Shown here one piece after another: positions 51,601 through 64,000 of a stretch of 64,000 bases of DNA. The position numbers were made by a program, and so were the translations under genes. The stretch is taken from positions 2,356,001 through 2,420,000 of the forward strand of contig OZ176056.1 of the NCBI GenBank assembly GCA_964247055.1, in the 5' to 3' direction. Below the pieces are notes generated by a model, which saw only the letters and a list, made by a program, of their open reading frames with translations, searched no databases and was not told the origin of the DNA. Source of the DNA: Paragordius varius (lineage: Eukaryota > Animalia > Nematomorpha). Positions within the stretch are counted from its first letter, which is position 1. Each line of letters begins with the position of its first letter.

Positions 51601-52393
51601 TTGTAATTTTACCTTTTAAATATTTTATTTTGTTAATAATAATATCTTCAATTAAATTAATTTTTATAATAAACTTTGTGCGACAAAAATGCCATTTTTG
51701 ATTTCAATCAAATCTCACAAAAATTAAAATAACTTTACTGTCTAAAATTTAAACATATTCATCATTTCAATATTAATTCTTTATACTTGTATATCAGCTA
51801 TCAAATTGAATACATAGCTTCTTTGGCACCATTTCGGTTATAGTAATAAAAAAAATCCTGAAATTAAAATTATTTTTAAAAAACCGTGAGAATTAAAATA
51901 ATTATCGATATTCCCAAAATTTTCAACACACTGTCTGTTCGTGATAAAAGCAATTATATAATAATAAGAACATCCAACATCTAAAAAAACTATAAAATCC
52001 CAAATATATATATAAAATTTTATTACTTAATTTAGACATCAAAATTTTTTCCCCCTTGTATTTTTTTGGGTTTTTCGTTTTAACTTGTTAACTAAAAAAA
52101 GTGTCACCTATCTTCTCTCTCTATTTTTTGACAAATTACCATAATTTTTTTACATTTAATATTCGTAGTCTTAAAGTCTCCGCAGGAGGTATTTTTTAAC
52201 ATATATTAATGTAAATTTTTTTCTAAAAAATTAAAAAAATTTAATATAAAGAACATAAAAAAATAATTAATTTACCATATGAGGATTTCAAATTCTTGAT
52301 ATTATTGTCGAATCCATAAGATTTTTTGGCGGCGATGAAACAAAATAGTAATATATTCCAAAAAATAATTTTTTTCAATAATATTTTTTGCAT
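39634..52393 (-). CDS. chrd: Chordin/short-gastrulation-like secreted BMP modulator (CHRD repeats + C-terminal VWC domains)
   Basis: Signal-peptide exon 52393-52276 (MQKILLKKIIFWNILLFCFIAAKKSYG). Phase-consistent exons follow: 49998-49860, 49457-49298, 48742-48544, 47697-47500, 47154-47030, 46653-46491, 45807-45680, 45080-44751, 44409-44268, 43978-43737, 43422-43368, 43282-43173, 43096-42974, 42567-42265, 41615-41295, 40808-40706, 40303-40124, 39877-39807 and 39718-39634. A chordin CR3-type VWC domain is present (CIFGTKEYARNTRWNPQIPPFGVDKCVTCFCDNRLNIKCDRNPCPPLSCPLNSVIYLPGACCKIC). Exons between 50.0 and 52.2 kb are unresolved. Confidence 0.8.
42052..42219. mobile_element. Small palindromic element (MITE-like) in a chordin intron
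   Basis: GTATACATT..AAAGTTATTAATTATTGCCAAA versus TTTGGCAATAATTAATAACTTT..AATGTATAC, with an inner CAAAGGGC / GCCCTTTG pair. Confidence 0.75.
43432..43738. mobile_element. MITE family B copy forming almost an entire chordin intron
   Basis: TA|CAGTAATTA...TTTTTACTG|TA. The predicted intron is 43736-43423. Confidence 0.8.
46006..46417. mobile_element. MITE family A with expanded 21-bp subterminal repeats, nested in a family B TIR
   Basis: Six TCAAATTCACCCTTGAACAAT-like units on the left and about five inverted units on the right. It ends CTGTAAATGGTATA. Confidence 0.9.
47876..48144. mobile_element. hAT-like MITE (family D) with 8-bp TSD
   Basis: CAGAGTGACCAAC...GTTGAACATCCCTG with internal GCGGGCCGCA. 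Flanks CTCTATTC and TTCTATTC match at 7 of 8 positions. Confidence 0.8.
48935..49245. mobile_element. MITE family A, degenerate
   Basis: TATACCATTTAC..GAATTCACCCTT ... GATGGTATA. Confidence 0.65.
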
Positions 52394-55300
52394 TTTATTT
52401 TATTTTATTATAAAATTTAATTAAAAGATAAAAAAATTTTTTTTTTCGTAAAAAAATAATTAAGATAAATCCATATTGAGATATAATTGGATGATTTAAA
52501 GGAGATTTTTTGGTTATGTGCGCACAAAAATATAGTATAAAGTACAAAATGAAACTATCAAAGATATTATAAATTGTGTTAAAAAAAAATAGGTGTGATG
52601 TACGCCACAGTGTAAAAATATTATTTTTGTTCTGTGAAAAAAGAAAATATATTTAAAAAAAAATTTTTTATTAAAGAGTTAAGGTTTTTAATAAAGTTAT
52701 AAAAAAATGCATTCTGTAACTTTGTCAATATTTTAAATCTTTACAGTGATCTATGTGCCTACTTATCCAAAAAATTTTTTTACATAAAAGTAATATTTTT
52801 TATAAAATTAAAACATTTATTTATAAAATTTCAAAAAAATAATCCGAATTTTTTTAAACAAAAAGGTTTTTAGAACATCATTTTATATTCGAATTGATTT
52901 TTCGCACACCTCTCTAAAGGCAATCAGTCTGAGGTATAAAAAGTGAAACTTTCAAAGTTATTTTAATGAAAAATTTTTTTTATAACTTTTTTGTTGATAA
53001 AAAATAATAATAATTAATGATGATAGGTATAAATGAAAATTTAATATATTATGCAAACAAAGCACTTCAAAACATTTCAAGTTGATTTTTTATTTCTAAT
53101 TAAACAAATAGTTACTTGCTTGTATTAAAAAAAATTAATTTATTTTTTATAATTATAAACTTTTTCTCATCCTTAGGTATAAAAGTTAGGTGATTAATTA
53201 TTTTAAAGAGCCATTCAATATATTTTAATATATTAATATAATAAATTGAAAATCTTTTTTCATAATGGTATACTTGGTATTAAATATCAAAGAAAGTTTC
53301 CTTTGAAATTGATCCCTGGTTATATAAATTAGAAAAATGAAAAGCTCGTATTAAAGAGAATTGATTACATAATTTTATCAGATAGGATTATTCCAAGTTT
53401 TTCTTTTAAAAGTGCCTTAAAAGCTCAAAAATAAGTTAACACGGAATCATTATATATAACAAATACAAAAAAATTATCTTGACGAAATATATATTTTCGG
53501 AAAAAAATGTATCATTATTCTCATGGTGCTTTCAATTTTAGGGTGTTATTGAGGAAAAATGTTTTAACTTATATGGTAAAAATTAAAATTATACGGACAA
53601 AATGTATTACAAAGACAATTTTTAAAAGACAGCCATACGTTTTAAATCTTGATTTTTTTTATAACTTATTATGTAATATTGAAAAGTGTGAAATAGAGAT
53701 ATATATAACTAACACAATCAATTTTAAAATTTTTATTCGTAATTAAATAGCTTTTATAGGAAAAATTAAGGTTTGAAAAAAATATGGTTGTCTTTTGAAA
53801 AAATATCTGACTTTGTATTTTAACGTTTTGTCCGTATAATTTCAATTATTACTGTACATGTCAATTTCTCCATGTCAAAATTGCAAAATTTGGGCACATT
53901 ATGTTATATAAAATGTTTTTGGTGAAAGCTAAATGCTTCATTCCTAAAAAAATGATTAATATATATACCTTATAGATTAAGGATTACACATGTTTTAATT
54001 TGATATTTTTGGCTAAGTACCAAAACCCGTTCAGATGATCTAATGTGGTGGGTAAATCCAAAAACCCTTTGCAAATAGAGGTAGATTAAAAAATTATCTA
54101 ACTTTCTGGAGGGCATTATGAGGTTGATGAGAAATATAATTTAATATAAATAAAATATAAAAAAACATATATTTATAATTTGTCGTTACTTATTATCTCA
54201 TATTTTTTAAGTACCACCATTTTTATTTTAATTTTTATTGAAGGTTAATAAAATTGATTATTTGATGGGACAAATGCTTTTAAAATAAAATTTTGACGTA
54301 ATAAAAATTTCATTCAACAGAATTAGTTCAAATTTGTTTAGATAAAATTCCAAGGTTTTATCGAAACTAAATACGCTTTGAAAATTATGAAATATAATTT
54401 TCTAATGTGCCATATATTAATGGTTTTGCGCGATCCCAGCCTTTTCTGTTTAATTTTAGAAGGAAACTGGTAATTTCAATGGATGTTAAGCATATCTTTC
54501 GAATATCAGCCAAAATATAAAAGATCAATATTTAAATTTTTAAAATATAAATTGAAGGACACACAATATTTAAGAAATTCTGGGTTAAATTTATGATTTT
54601 TTAATTTTAAGCAGTTACAATAAAAAATGGTATGCAATAATTTTTCATAAATAGCGCAAAATGAATTCCATAACTGAATATATATTAATATATTTTCTAC
54701 GACTCCCAATTCTGTGCACTCTGTATATTGACGGATCCACAATTCATTGAAGCATATAATATAGAAAAACAAAAAAAACAGTTAAACTAATGTCCAATAA
54801 AACCTTAGATTTTCTTATTAGGTTTCCATGGCCAATTGATAGATATCCAATAAACTTTTGCATTAAGTAATATTTTATTGGTTAACGTAATGGAAACCTA
54901 AAGTAAAGAGTCATTGATATCATTCAAATACAGTTGTTAAAATTTAAAAAGCGAACTTTTTACCCAATTTAGGTATAAACGAAAAATTGAATGCATTTAA
55001 ATAGGAATAAACAGATACTCAAGAATTCCCCGAAAAAAATATTTTTAAATCTAAAAATGTTATTTCGCAAACATTTTTTTAAAAATTAACACACACTAAT
55101 TAATAAAAAGGATGCCTTTATTAAACCACTATCATCATTAAACTTACAAAATCAATTGTGATGACATTTAAATTTAGTTTTATTTTATAACTAACATTCA
55201 TTCAATCGGCGCTTTTTGTGATAAATTTGAGGGCATCTATCGGCTGAAATCGGCCCTCTAATATTATGTGCCAAATAAATACGGTACCCACAATTTAAAA

Positions 55301-55636
55301 AAATATGCTGATAAACTTCTTTGGCAAAATTTCATGAATAAGTTTTCCAAATAACTACCGATAGCAAAAATTTGTTTAAGCAATTTCAATTTTATTTAAA
55401 TTTTATGAGTATATTGCAAATTATAGATTTCCAATCTTTTCGACTTTCTATGGTATAGCGAACAAATTATATCATATTTATATTAGCGAGGTGTATTTTT
55501 ACTCGTTTTGTTGGAGCAAAATTTATATTGGCTAGGTATCAATAGATTTTAAAATATCTAAAAAAGAAAAAATATAAAATAATTACACACTTTTATAACA
55601 CAAAATTTATTTATTATCTCCTATATATTACTATAA

Positions 55637-56719
55637 TTATAAGGTGTTTTCGTTAAGTAAGGTGCTATTTTCAATCGTAAAATTATTTTGTGGCAAAAGT
55701 ATCGAATGATTTTGAAAATTATCGCATGAGTCAACTTTTGTGAGAGTTGATTCAAGATTTTCGTCAATTTTCAATTTCAAAGGGCTAGGACTTAAAACAT
55801 GTGTTATAACTGTTTGATGAGATATATATTGGCGCTTTGTTAAAGTAGCACGAAATTTTTGAAAATTTATTGGAGTTGATACCAATAATTTATTGTGGCA
55901 GTATAGTTTTTTATTCCTAGATTTTAGAACAGTTGTTGTCTTTGTTAGGGTACGATTTGAGATTTCTTTATTTCGATCAGTAAATGAAGATTTTTGAAAC
56001 GGTGACAAATTTGTTAAATCAGCTATCCCTAATGAACTCCAATCATATGATTGATTTGTGGTGTTATAATAAATTATACTATTATTAACATTTTTGATAG
56101 ATTTACGAAGAAGTTGTCGTGAGATATTTGCTTTGGGACATATATTTCTAGATTTATAGATGCGATTTTTTCTGCGTTCAAAAACATTAGTGGGTACAAC
56201 AAAAGGTTTTGAGTATGTTTGCTTATGTTCGGCTAGAACTGAAAATATATAATTTGCCTGAAAGTCGGAACAGAAATCTTTTAATTTAATTTTATCGACT
56301 TTTATGTAGTTTTTTTGTGTCATTGACCGTTTTACGATGCCAAATATTAAACATAAATTACCCAATTCAAGTTCAATTACATTATTTGTATCATCTTTAT
56401 AATAACAAGTTATGATGGATGTAACATCTTGTAATATAAATTTTTATCCATATAAATTAGACCGTTTCTCAATAACAGAGCCAATGAAGGAAACTTTTCG
56501 TATTGGATGATTAAATATGGAAAAGATATCTAAAATTTTTTTAATATTAATTGGTTACTTGAATAAAACGGATAGTGTTTTAACTTTAAAATATCACATA
56601 TAAATAGTGGATTATAGCGATTAATAATTGGGTTTAAATCCCAATATTTTTGATGATAATAAACTTGATTTCTAACCTAAAATTTAAATTTTTAAAACTT
56701 TGATGAACGAATGATTCAT
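55637..56719 (-). CDS. STN1: STN1 (CST complex OB-fold subunit) homolog with an in-frame TAA at codon 75, so possibly a pseudogene
   Basis: Exons 56719-56699, 56676-56559 and 56529-55637 (introns 22 and 29 nt). Translation: YWDLNPIINRYNPLFICDILKLK..IFSIFNHPIRKVSFIGSVIEKRSNLYG*KFILQDVTSIITC..ELGNLCLIFGIVK..EHKQTYSKPF. This is colinear with the STN1 N-terminal OB fold as I recall it (LWGLDP..LYIRDIL..NGHPIKQV..DDSTGVINC..YDQPF). Confidence 0.82.
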
Positions 56720-58016
56720 GTACTGTGAAACACTATTTCATTACAATTTTTTTAATAAGAATTTTTCAAGAAGCAGGACTCAAAAATAAATATTTAAGAT
56801 TAGTTAATAAATTAGTAGTTTTTATTATAATAGACTAAATAAATAAAAAAAAAATTCTGGCGGTATTTTTTAAAATATGGTAATAATTGTTCAAAACGAA
56901 ACGGCAAAATTAGATCATGATATCATTAACACTTGGATACGATACATTCATTTTAGTCCTTCGATTCAAATTGGGGTAGTTAAGCTTGTTTTAAAATTAA
57001 ATTCTTTTAAAAATATGAATAAAAACTATGGCTAGATTCGAAATATATAAAAAATTTTATTCAAAATTACTTGATATTACTTATTTTAAGCTTAAATTAA
57101 AAAATAAAAATTTGGTCAACGTGACATGTGTGCACTGGTAAAATTAAAAAATAATACAAAATAAACCGCCTTTTCTATTGTATCAATGTTAGATCTATAA
57201 TAAGCTTAAATATTACCCTTACAATTAAATGCAGACGATATTTTGCAAAAATTTTGTAAAATAAAAATGGCGTTGAAGTAGTTTGCCATGGAATTTTTTT
57301 TCAAAACAAAATTTTATTTAATATTTTGACATAATTATATAATTTTTATTAAGATAGAAGCATAAATTTAAATTTTGACCGTTTCCTTCAGTAGTTTTCT
57401 ATAAATCAAAAATAGTCTGGGGTATTTAAATATATTAATTTGAATCGAAGTGTTAACACATAAATCTCTTTTCTTTTTTATAGAAGATTGCATAGTTTCA
57501 TTGGTACCCAATAGCTTAAACTTATGAACAACTTTATTACAGGTAGCTCTGTTTAGATATAATTATCATATAATTTAAAAAACCTTGAAATTTATTATTA
57601 ACGTCCATAATTTATAACTCAACACCATTAAAATTAAAATATATCAAAAAATGTTGCTAAAATACTATTTGATGTTTATAATTTAGCATAATCATCTTGC
57701 CTGTTGCATTAACAAAGATACTAAAAAGGCGGTCTAGGATCTCATTTTATCTAGATAATGTTAATATTTTAAATTATCCGCCTGACCAAATGCATATTTT
57801 AAAATTGATTCATTTTTTTAAATATTTTGTAAAATATTATTTTGGCTGGGGGATTAAATTACTTCAAAAGGTAATATAATGTTAGTAAAGCTTTCTATTC
57901 AAGGAAGATCAAAATTGTTACAATGTATAGAGGAAAAAAGCAGAGAAGTATGTCCTGTCCAAAAAACACAGTTTCCCCAATACAATCCTGTGATATGTAA
58001 TTCTGATCAGAAAATT

Positions 58017-58857
58017 TATCAGGATTATCATGGTGCTTTTGGTTTTGGCTCTTACAAGTGATTTAAGAAAGTTATTTATACTTTTGTAAGTGCTCCATCT
58101 GTAAAAATGGCAAAACGCAAATTATTTAAAATAAAACTTTTAGTGAAAATTAAAGGCTTCAATTCACATATTAACACTATATATTATAAACTACACAAAG
58201 AAAACATTATCAAAATTTAAAATGTGGGAGGAAATGTCAAATTATTGTACCCGAGTATGGAACGAGTTTAATGGTGTTATGAAGCATGGGGAAAAGGCAT
58301 GATAATACTTTAAGAATTATATAAAAACAATGTCAATATACTTTGATGATGCTCAACTATCCCCTATTTAAAATGTTAGTTTGCTTTATATTTAGGTAAA
58401 TGTTAACATAAATTGTATTTAACGGAAATTTTATGACGAACGACTATACAACTCAAACAAGGACAGAATCATCATCTATAGAAAAGGGTTATGTTATTTT
58501 TTAAAGTGTTTTAATAACGTTTCTACTATGCTTCAAAATATTTCATATCAAACTTCTTTCAACAAAATTCCCTTTTTTTGATTTTAGCATATAAAAAGAT
58601 TATCGAGGAATCCGTCTACATTATTTCAAGAATTTTTTTTCATTTCGGAGGGTTTATTTGAGACTGTAGTCCACATTTAAAATTTGAAATAAAATATTAC
58701 TTTTTTTATCTAGTTTATAATATATTTGGTAAATTTTTGGAATGAATTTAGCGTTAACATAATGTGCGCTAATTTTCGATATTACGATATTAAGCTTTTT
58801 TCAGTGGAATTAACTTTCTCATATCTCTTGTAAGCCCAAATCACCATGATAATCTTG
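58017..58857. mobile_element. Foldback family C copy
   Basis: Left end TATCAGGATTATCATGGTGCTTTTGG; right end CACCATGATAATCTTGA. Confidence 0.6.
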
Positions 58858-60056
58858 ATTCCTTTATATCTATCTATCTATATATATAGAATCTTATAGG
58901 GATATTTCTTATAGCCTCGATTTAAACGCAGTGTTATTTACCAATTCTATTGGTAAAAAAACAGGGGGTTAAAGTTTGAGATGACTTGTACTTAAAGGAT
59001 TTTAATATAAAGGTAATAAGTGATATATATCAGCACTTAACAGCCATGAAATACCCTTTATTGAGCCATCAGCGGTATTTATTATATAGTTGAAAAAATC
59101 AAATTAAAAGTAATACTTTAAAAATAGATGATATAAATTTTATATTAATTGTAAAATGTTGTTTTTATTTGGTTTTTTGCAAAATTTTCGCGGACCCGAA
59201 GATTCTAAGGGCCGCATGTTGCCCTTATCTAAAATACACAGCTTATCTGAAATCAAATTTATAACCATGTTTCTTCTAACTATTAAAAACACATTTTTAG
59301 TCATTTATTATTAAGAAAAAGAATTTATCTTGGTTAATGTATTTGTATATGTAAAATGACTAAAGGACGGCACCGAGCACATTCTTATATATAATTTATA
59401 GAGTTCTTTTTTTCGCACAAAAAATATCTATTTCACATTTTTATTTTGATTGAATATATTATATTTACAAAATCTCTGTTTAAAAATATAACCTTTTTTA
59501 CTAAGGTTTTTTACTGAGGTCGTCTAATAAAAAGAAATTTAACCGTATATACCATTTATGCTAATCGAATTAACGTTCATCGATATATGGCTTAAGTCGA
59601 AAAGTTTTTAGACAAAAAGACTACAAATTTTTAAGTTATCAAATTGCTTAATTCGGATCAATGACACCTATTTTTTCAAAATTATATTTAATTTTTAAGG
59701 AGTTTATAAGGTATCAAATAATTTTTTTATTATAAGTGTGATTTAATAATTAAAAGTATATTGTGGTAAACTAATATTTTTAGAGTATAATAGCAAATCA
59801 AAAAAGTATTTACACTTAAATAAACGAAAAATATAAATTATATGAAAAGAAGACAAAGGCGAATAGATCATTATCTCAACAAAAGTCAATATTCATAATT
59901 AATTATGACCATATTTTTGCTGATTGAACTAAACAATGAAAGTAGTGTCTTTATTAAACCAACTTTCTATTTTCCAACAAATTTTTTTTAATAAGTATAC
60001 TTTTTTTAGTAAATCCAATTTAAAATTAATTATTTTATATTTATACATATCACAAT

Positions 60057-63000
60057 ATGGATATAAATAATGGTTTGATAAGAAATTCCAGTATTAATGA
60101 TAATCACATTAAAAATAATCATCAAATATTGCATCGGAGATCCAGTTTGAAAGAAATCACAAAAATTATTAGGAGTCTCAATTCAACTGCTAATGCCGGG
60201 AACAATTCAAACATTAAAATATCTGCAACCCTGACCATTTCAACAGCAAAACCTCAAAATATAAATAAAAGCACATCTGAAAATAATAATATAATTAATA
60301 AACCACCTACTAGAACAAATGTCCAAAATAATGGAAAAACTCATTTATTTAATTCAAATGTCGAAATTTTACGCGAAAAATTTGAGCGGATAGACAAAAA
60401 TGGACCTACGTCCCTTACAGCGAATGATGGGAGTTTAACAAAAAATTTGGTACAGAAATTTGAAGCACTTCAAGAAAATATTAATAACCAGAAAAAGGTT
60501 TTTGCAGATGAAAATTTTACGAAAGCGAAATCAGTTCTACCCACAAATAACCTAAATTGTAATGCAAATAATGATTTGACAATACCCCAAGCCTGTAAAT
60601 ATATGGATGCTTTCCTAACCAACGGAGATATTTTACTTCAAAAATATTTGGTGAGCGATAAAGGTACTATCAGAGGCATTGAGAACAAAGTATATAAAAT
60701 GGTGCAACTGTTTATAGATAACAACCTAAAGCTAAAAGTAAGTTATTTATATTCGGCGTGTTTTATATAAGATTAAAAATAAACTGTGAAAAATGAAAAT
60801 ATACTGACAAAACGTACAGTCATGTATCCTTTATTTTGTCAAAAAATTATTTTCTTTTGTTAAATGGGTATAAATATTTGTTAATAGACAAAACAAGAGC
60901 TCAATCGTATTAACAATATAATATTCATCAAAAAAGTATAAGAATTAACAGAGAGCTCTTGTTTTTTCTATTCTTTACCAAATATTTATACCCATTTAAC
61001 GAAAAAAAAATAATTTTTGATAAAATAAAGGATGACTTTAAAAATAAAACAACCACATTTTCTAATTTTGCCAACTTATAACGTTTTGAGTTGCAAAAGA
61101 AATAGTTATATGCAAACTCAATTTAATATAGTTATATTGTTTATGTTAGGAAAACAAGTTTTAAAAAGTCGTTTGGCTGTTTTTTTTTAAAAATATATGT
61201 CTTTTAGTGTTTATGCTTTGTCTGTATAGTTTTTTACTGTATAATTCGATTTTTATTTTAATATTAGAATAAGCTGATTGAAAGTCAAATGGTTATAATT
61301 TATGTTACAAGTTGCACGGCATTTCGAGACATTCATGCTAAATGTGAAAAAACTAAATCTATACTGAAGAGTATGAAGGTATGTATGTATAACTTATTTT
61401 GGGGTCAAATTTTTTTTAATCATTTTACAGGATAAATTAAAATTATAAAAACAAAACGTAAAAACAAGATTAATATTTAAAAACAACATATTTTATATAG
61501 CCTATAGTATAGCCTATATCTTTTTAAGTTGAAATTAGGGAAAAGGGATCAAAATTAGAAACTCACTTAATATATTACACAATCAATTATTAGATAAAAT
61601 AGATTTTGTATACGTTTGTCTTACAGATTTTCATTTATTTATTACGGTTTAATTTTTAAATTTATTATTTTCAATATGCAACAGATTAATTATGATGAGC
61701 GAGACTGTTACAAAGATGAAAAATATAAACAGGAGCTAAAAATCCTGTTTCCGAGTGAAACCTATCCCAAATTGCCTAAGATTTTCATTGATGGCGAATA
61801 TTTTGGAGTAATATAATTATTTACTTTAAACATTTTGATACTATTTTTATTTTTATTTATTAAGTTCTTGGCAATTATACTAATTTATCTGATTTAAGTA
61901 AAAAACACTATTATTATTTTATTATTTAATCTTATTGAACATTCTGAAGATTTAATAAAAATATTCCTAAATATTATGGTAAAATAGGATTTTTATGGTG
62001 CTTATAGCTGTGTATTACAAGTAAAATATTATAGCAAAATCACATAAATTGGGCACATATGTTAAATATATAATTGTGGTATATGGTTCAAATTATTTTG
62101 ATATATATATATATATTATAATGCCGAAAAATGTTTGTCAGATATATTATAAAAGTATTACAAAAAACCGTTTTGATGGGCTAGATTTTTATTAAAAAAG
62201 TCGGGATTGCCAGATGAGGACAATATATTTCAAATAAAATTTATTAGATATATATTCATTTTAAAATGTTTTTTAGCGTTTTTCCAAGTATATCAGAAAT
62301 ACAAAAACACTAAATTATCCAAAACATTTATGTACCAAATTCTATGACGCAGAATTTTATATTTATAGGTGTTAAAATATTCATTTTTAATTCAAATGTT
62401 AGAAAAATATTTAAAAAGGATAAATTTAAATGTGGTCAGATAGATTTTAAAATAAAATTTTTGTGTGATAGAAATCATCAGCGAAATTGAATTATATAAC
62501 AGGAGAATGTTTTTGCGAATTTTCCATTTTTTTTGCCATCTTAAATTTTTTTTGAGAATAACATTCTTAATCGGCAATCTGGCTGTTTTGTGTTAAAAAT
62601 ATGAGTTTATAAAGTTTAAATAGTATAAAACAAATTAGTAACATTTTAAATATTGCCCAAATCTGGTTTAACATATATAAATAAAATAATAAACAACATA
62701 GCGCTAAATTTAACTTTCGATTATGAGATTCCTTTTCATACCATAAACCCCAAAATTAATCCGATTATAATCTCAGTATTACTATCGATCTATATTTATT
62801 ATCGGGAAATTTTATTGAGTATTTTATCGTTTAAATACCATTCTTTTAGCCATTTTAAAATATATTTCAAAACCGTAGGGCTTTAAAGAATTGGAACAAT
62901 TGAATGAGGTAGGGATTCTGACAAAAATTTTAGCAAAATACAAAATGGGCATCCTGAAACCCAAATGCCCAAAGTGTGGAGACTTTAAATACCTGATGTG

Positions 63001-63115
63001 TGTTCGATGCCATGGGGGGAAACGGTCATCCCTCGTGAATACATTTAGTCACATCCCGCTTAAATGCACTTACTGTGAACAGACTGGACTCTCAAAGTGT
63101 GATCAATGCAAATAA
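60057..63115 (+). CDS. Glutaredoxin domain-containing cysteine-rich protein (GRXCR1/2-like)
   Basis: Exons 60057-60737, 61268-61378, 61685-61807 and 62879-63115. Motifs: DKGTIRGI, VIIYVTSCTAFR, INYDERD, LPKIFIDGEYFGG..LNEVGIL and the C-terminal CPKC..CVRC..CTYC..CDQC zinc-binding repeats. Confidence 0.92.
60825..61037. mobile_element. Palindromic MITE nested inside a family B MITE in GRXCR intron 1
   Basis: ATCCTTTTATTTTGTCAAAAAATTATT..GTTAAATGGGTATAAATATTTG versus CAAATATTTATACCCATTTAAC..AATAATTTTTGATAAAATAAAGGAT, with an inner ACAAGAGCTC / GAGCTCTTGT pair. Confidence 0.8.
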
Positions 63116-64000
63116 AATGAAATGATTGATTGTTGAAAAATAAAAAAGATTTATTTTTAAAGATTTTATCTTTTATGTTGTTAAAATAAATAAATTTGAA
63201 AGTTGTTTAATAGTATAGTTTTATAAAAACGACAAAATGGTTAGCAGAGTATTAGACGAAAAATGTTGAGGGAGACAATATAATTTTAAATTACTACTGA
63301 ATTTATAGCATAAAATTATTAATTAATAGAAACTTTTGATCATACTACAAAAAAAATTATGTAAAATGGAAAATTGTTATGCTAAGTTTAATTTTGCCAA
63401 CAAATACATAGGTTTTTTGTAAAATAGCCAATTACCTGCTAATTTTAAGAAAAATATATAATACTTGTTTTTTAAAGTTGTTTACTTCATTAGGACTTTG
63501 AAAGCGATATGCTTATTTTCGCCTGTCCATAAGTTAACCGTGAAATAAAGCTTTTCCAATATATTAATGGGTATTGATATATTTTATTAATGATGATTTA
63601 TATGTTTATAATTTAAGTTTAAAACTCTGAGAAAGCACACAATATTTACAGGTCAAAGTTATGGAACTCTAGTAATATAATAAATATTAGGCCTTTAAAT
63701 TTTAAATGACGAAAATCGAATTATTATTAAATTGAAGAATAATGTTTTTTGGGTTATATAATCCCTCAGATTTATTTTAAAGGATTTTTTTGACTCAAAT
63801 TTATTATAATAATCAATCTCCAAACCTATAAGTAGATAAAGTCACTGAAATAAACTAAAAGTCAAGTTAGACATTGATGACTTATAATTTAACATATTCA
63901 AGCAGATACTTTTTTATCAAAAATGGGCTTTATTGAAACTCATTGCATTTTTTCATAACACATATATTTATAATATAACGGAAAAAATGTAAAACCATAT

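Noticed and set aside
55637-56446. Stop-codon reassignment (TAA=Tyr) as a genome-wide code change
   Set aside because: AKR and GRXCR end at TAA, eRF1 at TAG and NOP16 at TGA, all at the expected positions, and no other conserved exon here has an internal stop.
57697-58061. Two ORFs coupled by a TAATG stop-start overlap at 57879
   Set aside because: No homology recognised, TAATG is frequent in AT-rich DNA, and the second ORF runs into a family C repeat.

Overview
Very AT-rich eukaryotic genomic DNA from an animal. The chordin-like and GRXCR-like genes indicate a metazoan, but the lineage cannot be fixed from sequence alone. By manual splicing I reconstruct seven host genes: the 3' end of eRF1 (+), an aldo-keto reductase (+), NOP16 (+), a USP6NL/RN-tre TBC-domain RabGAP (-), a chordin/sog-like gene (-), STN1 (-) and a GRXCR-type glutaredoxin/Cys-rich gene (+). 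Many introns are only 21-31 nt, so the ORF track misses much of the coding sequence. The repeat load is heavy: one intact RTE-clade LINE with a 33-bp target duplication inside NOP16 exon 1, one decayed RTE, a 3' relic of a related LINE, an internally deleted Ty3/Gypsy element with both LTRs, several MITE/foldback families (some nested) and a ~3-kb intronic tandem array of ~95-100-bp units. The most notable observations are: ultra-short spliceosomal introns; a chordin intron whose splice donor lies inside a MITE terminal repeat; a LINE in NOP16 that could in principle be spliced out in frame using GT and AG in its target duplication; and an in-frame TAA in the STN1 OB fold. All gene models and family assignments come from motif recall and splice-phase consistency, not from database searches or expression data.
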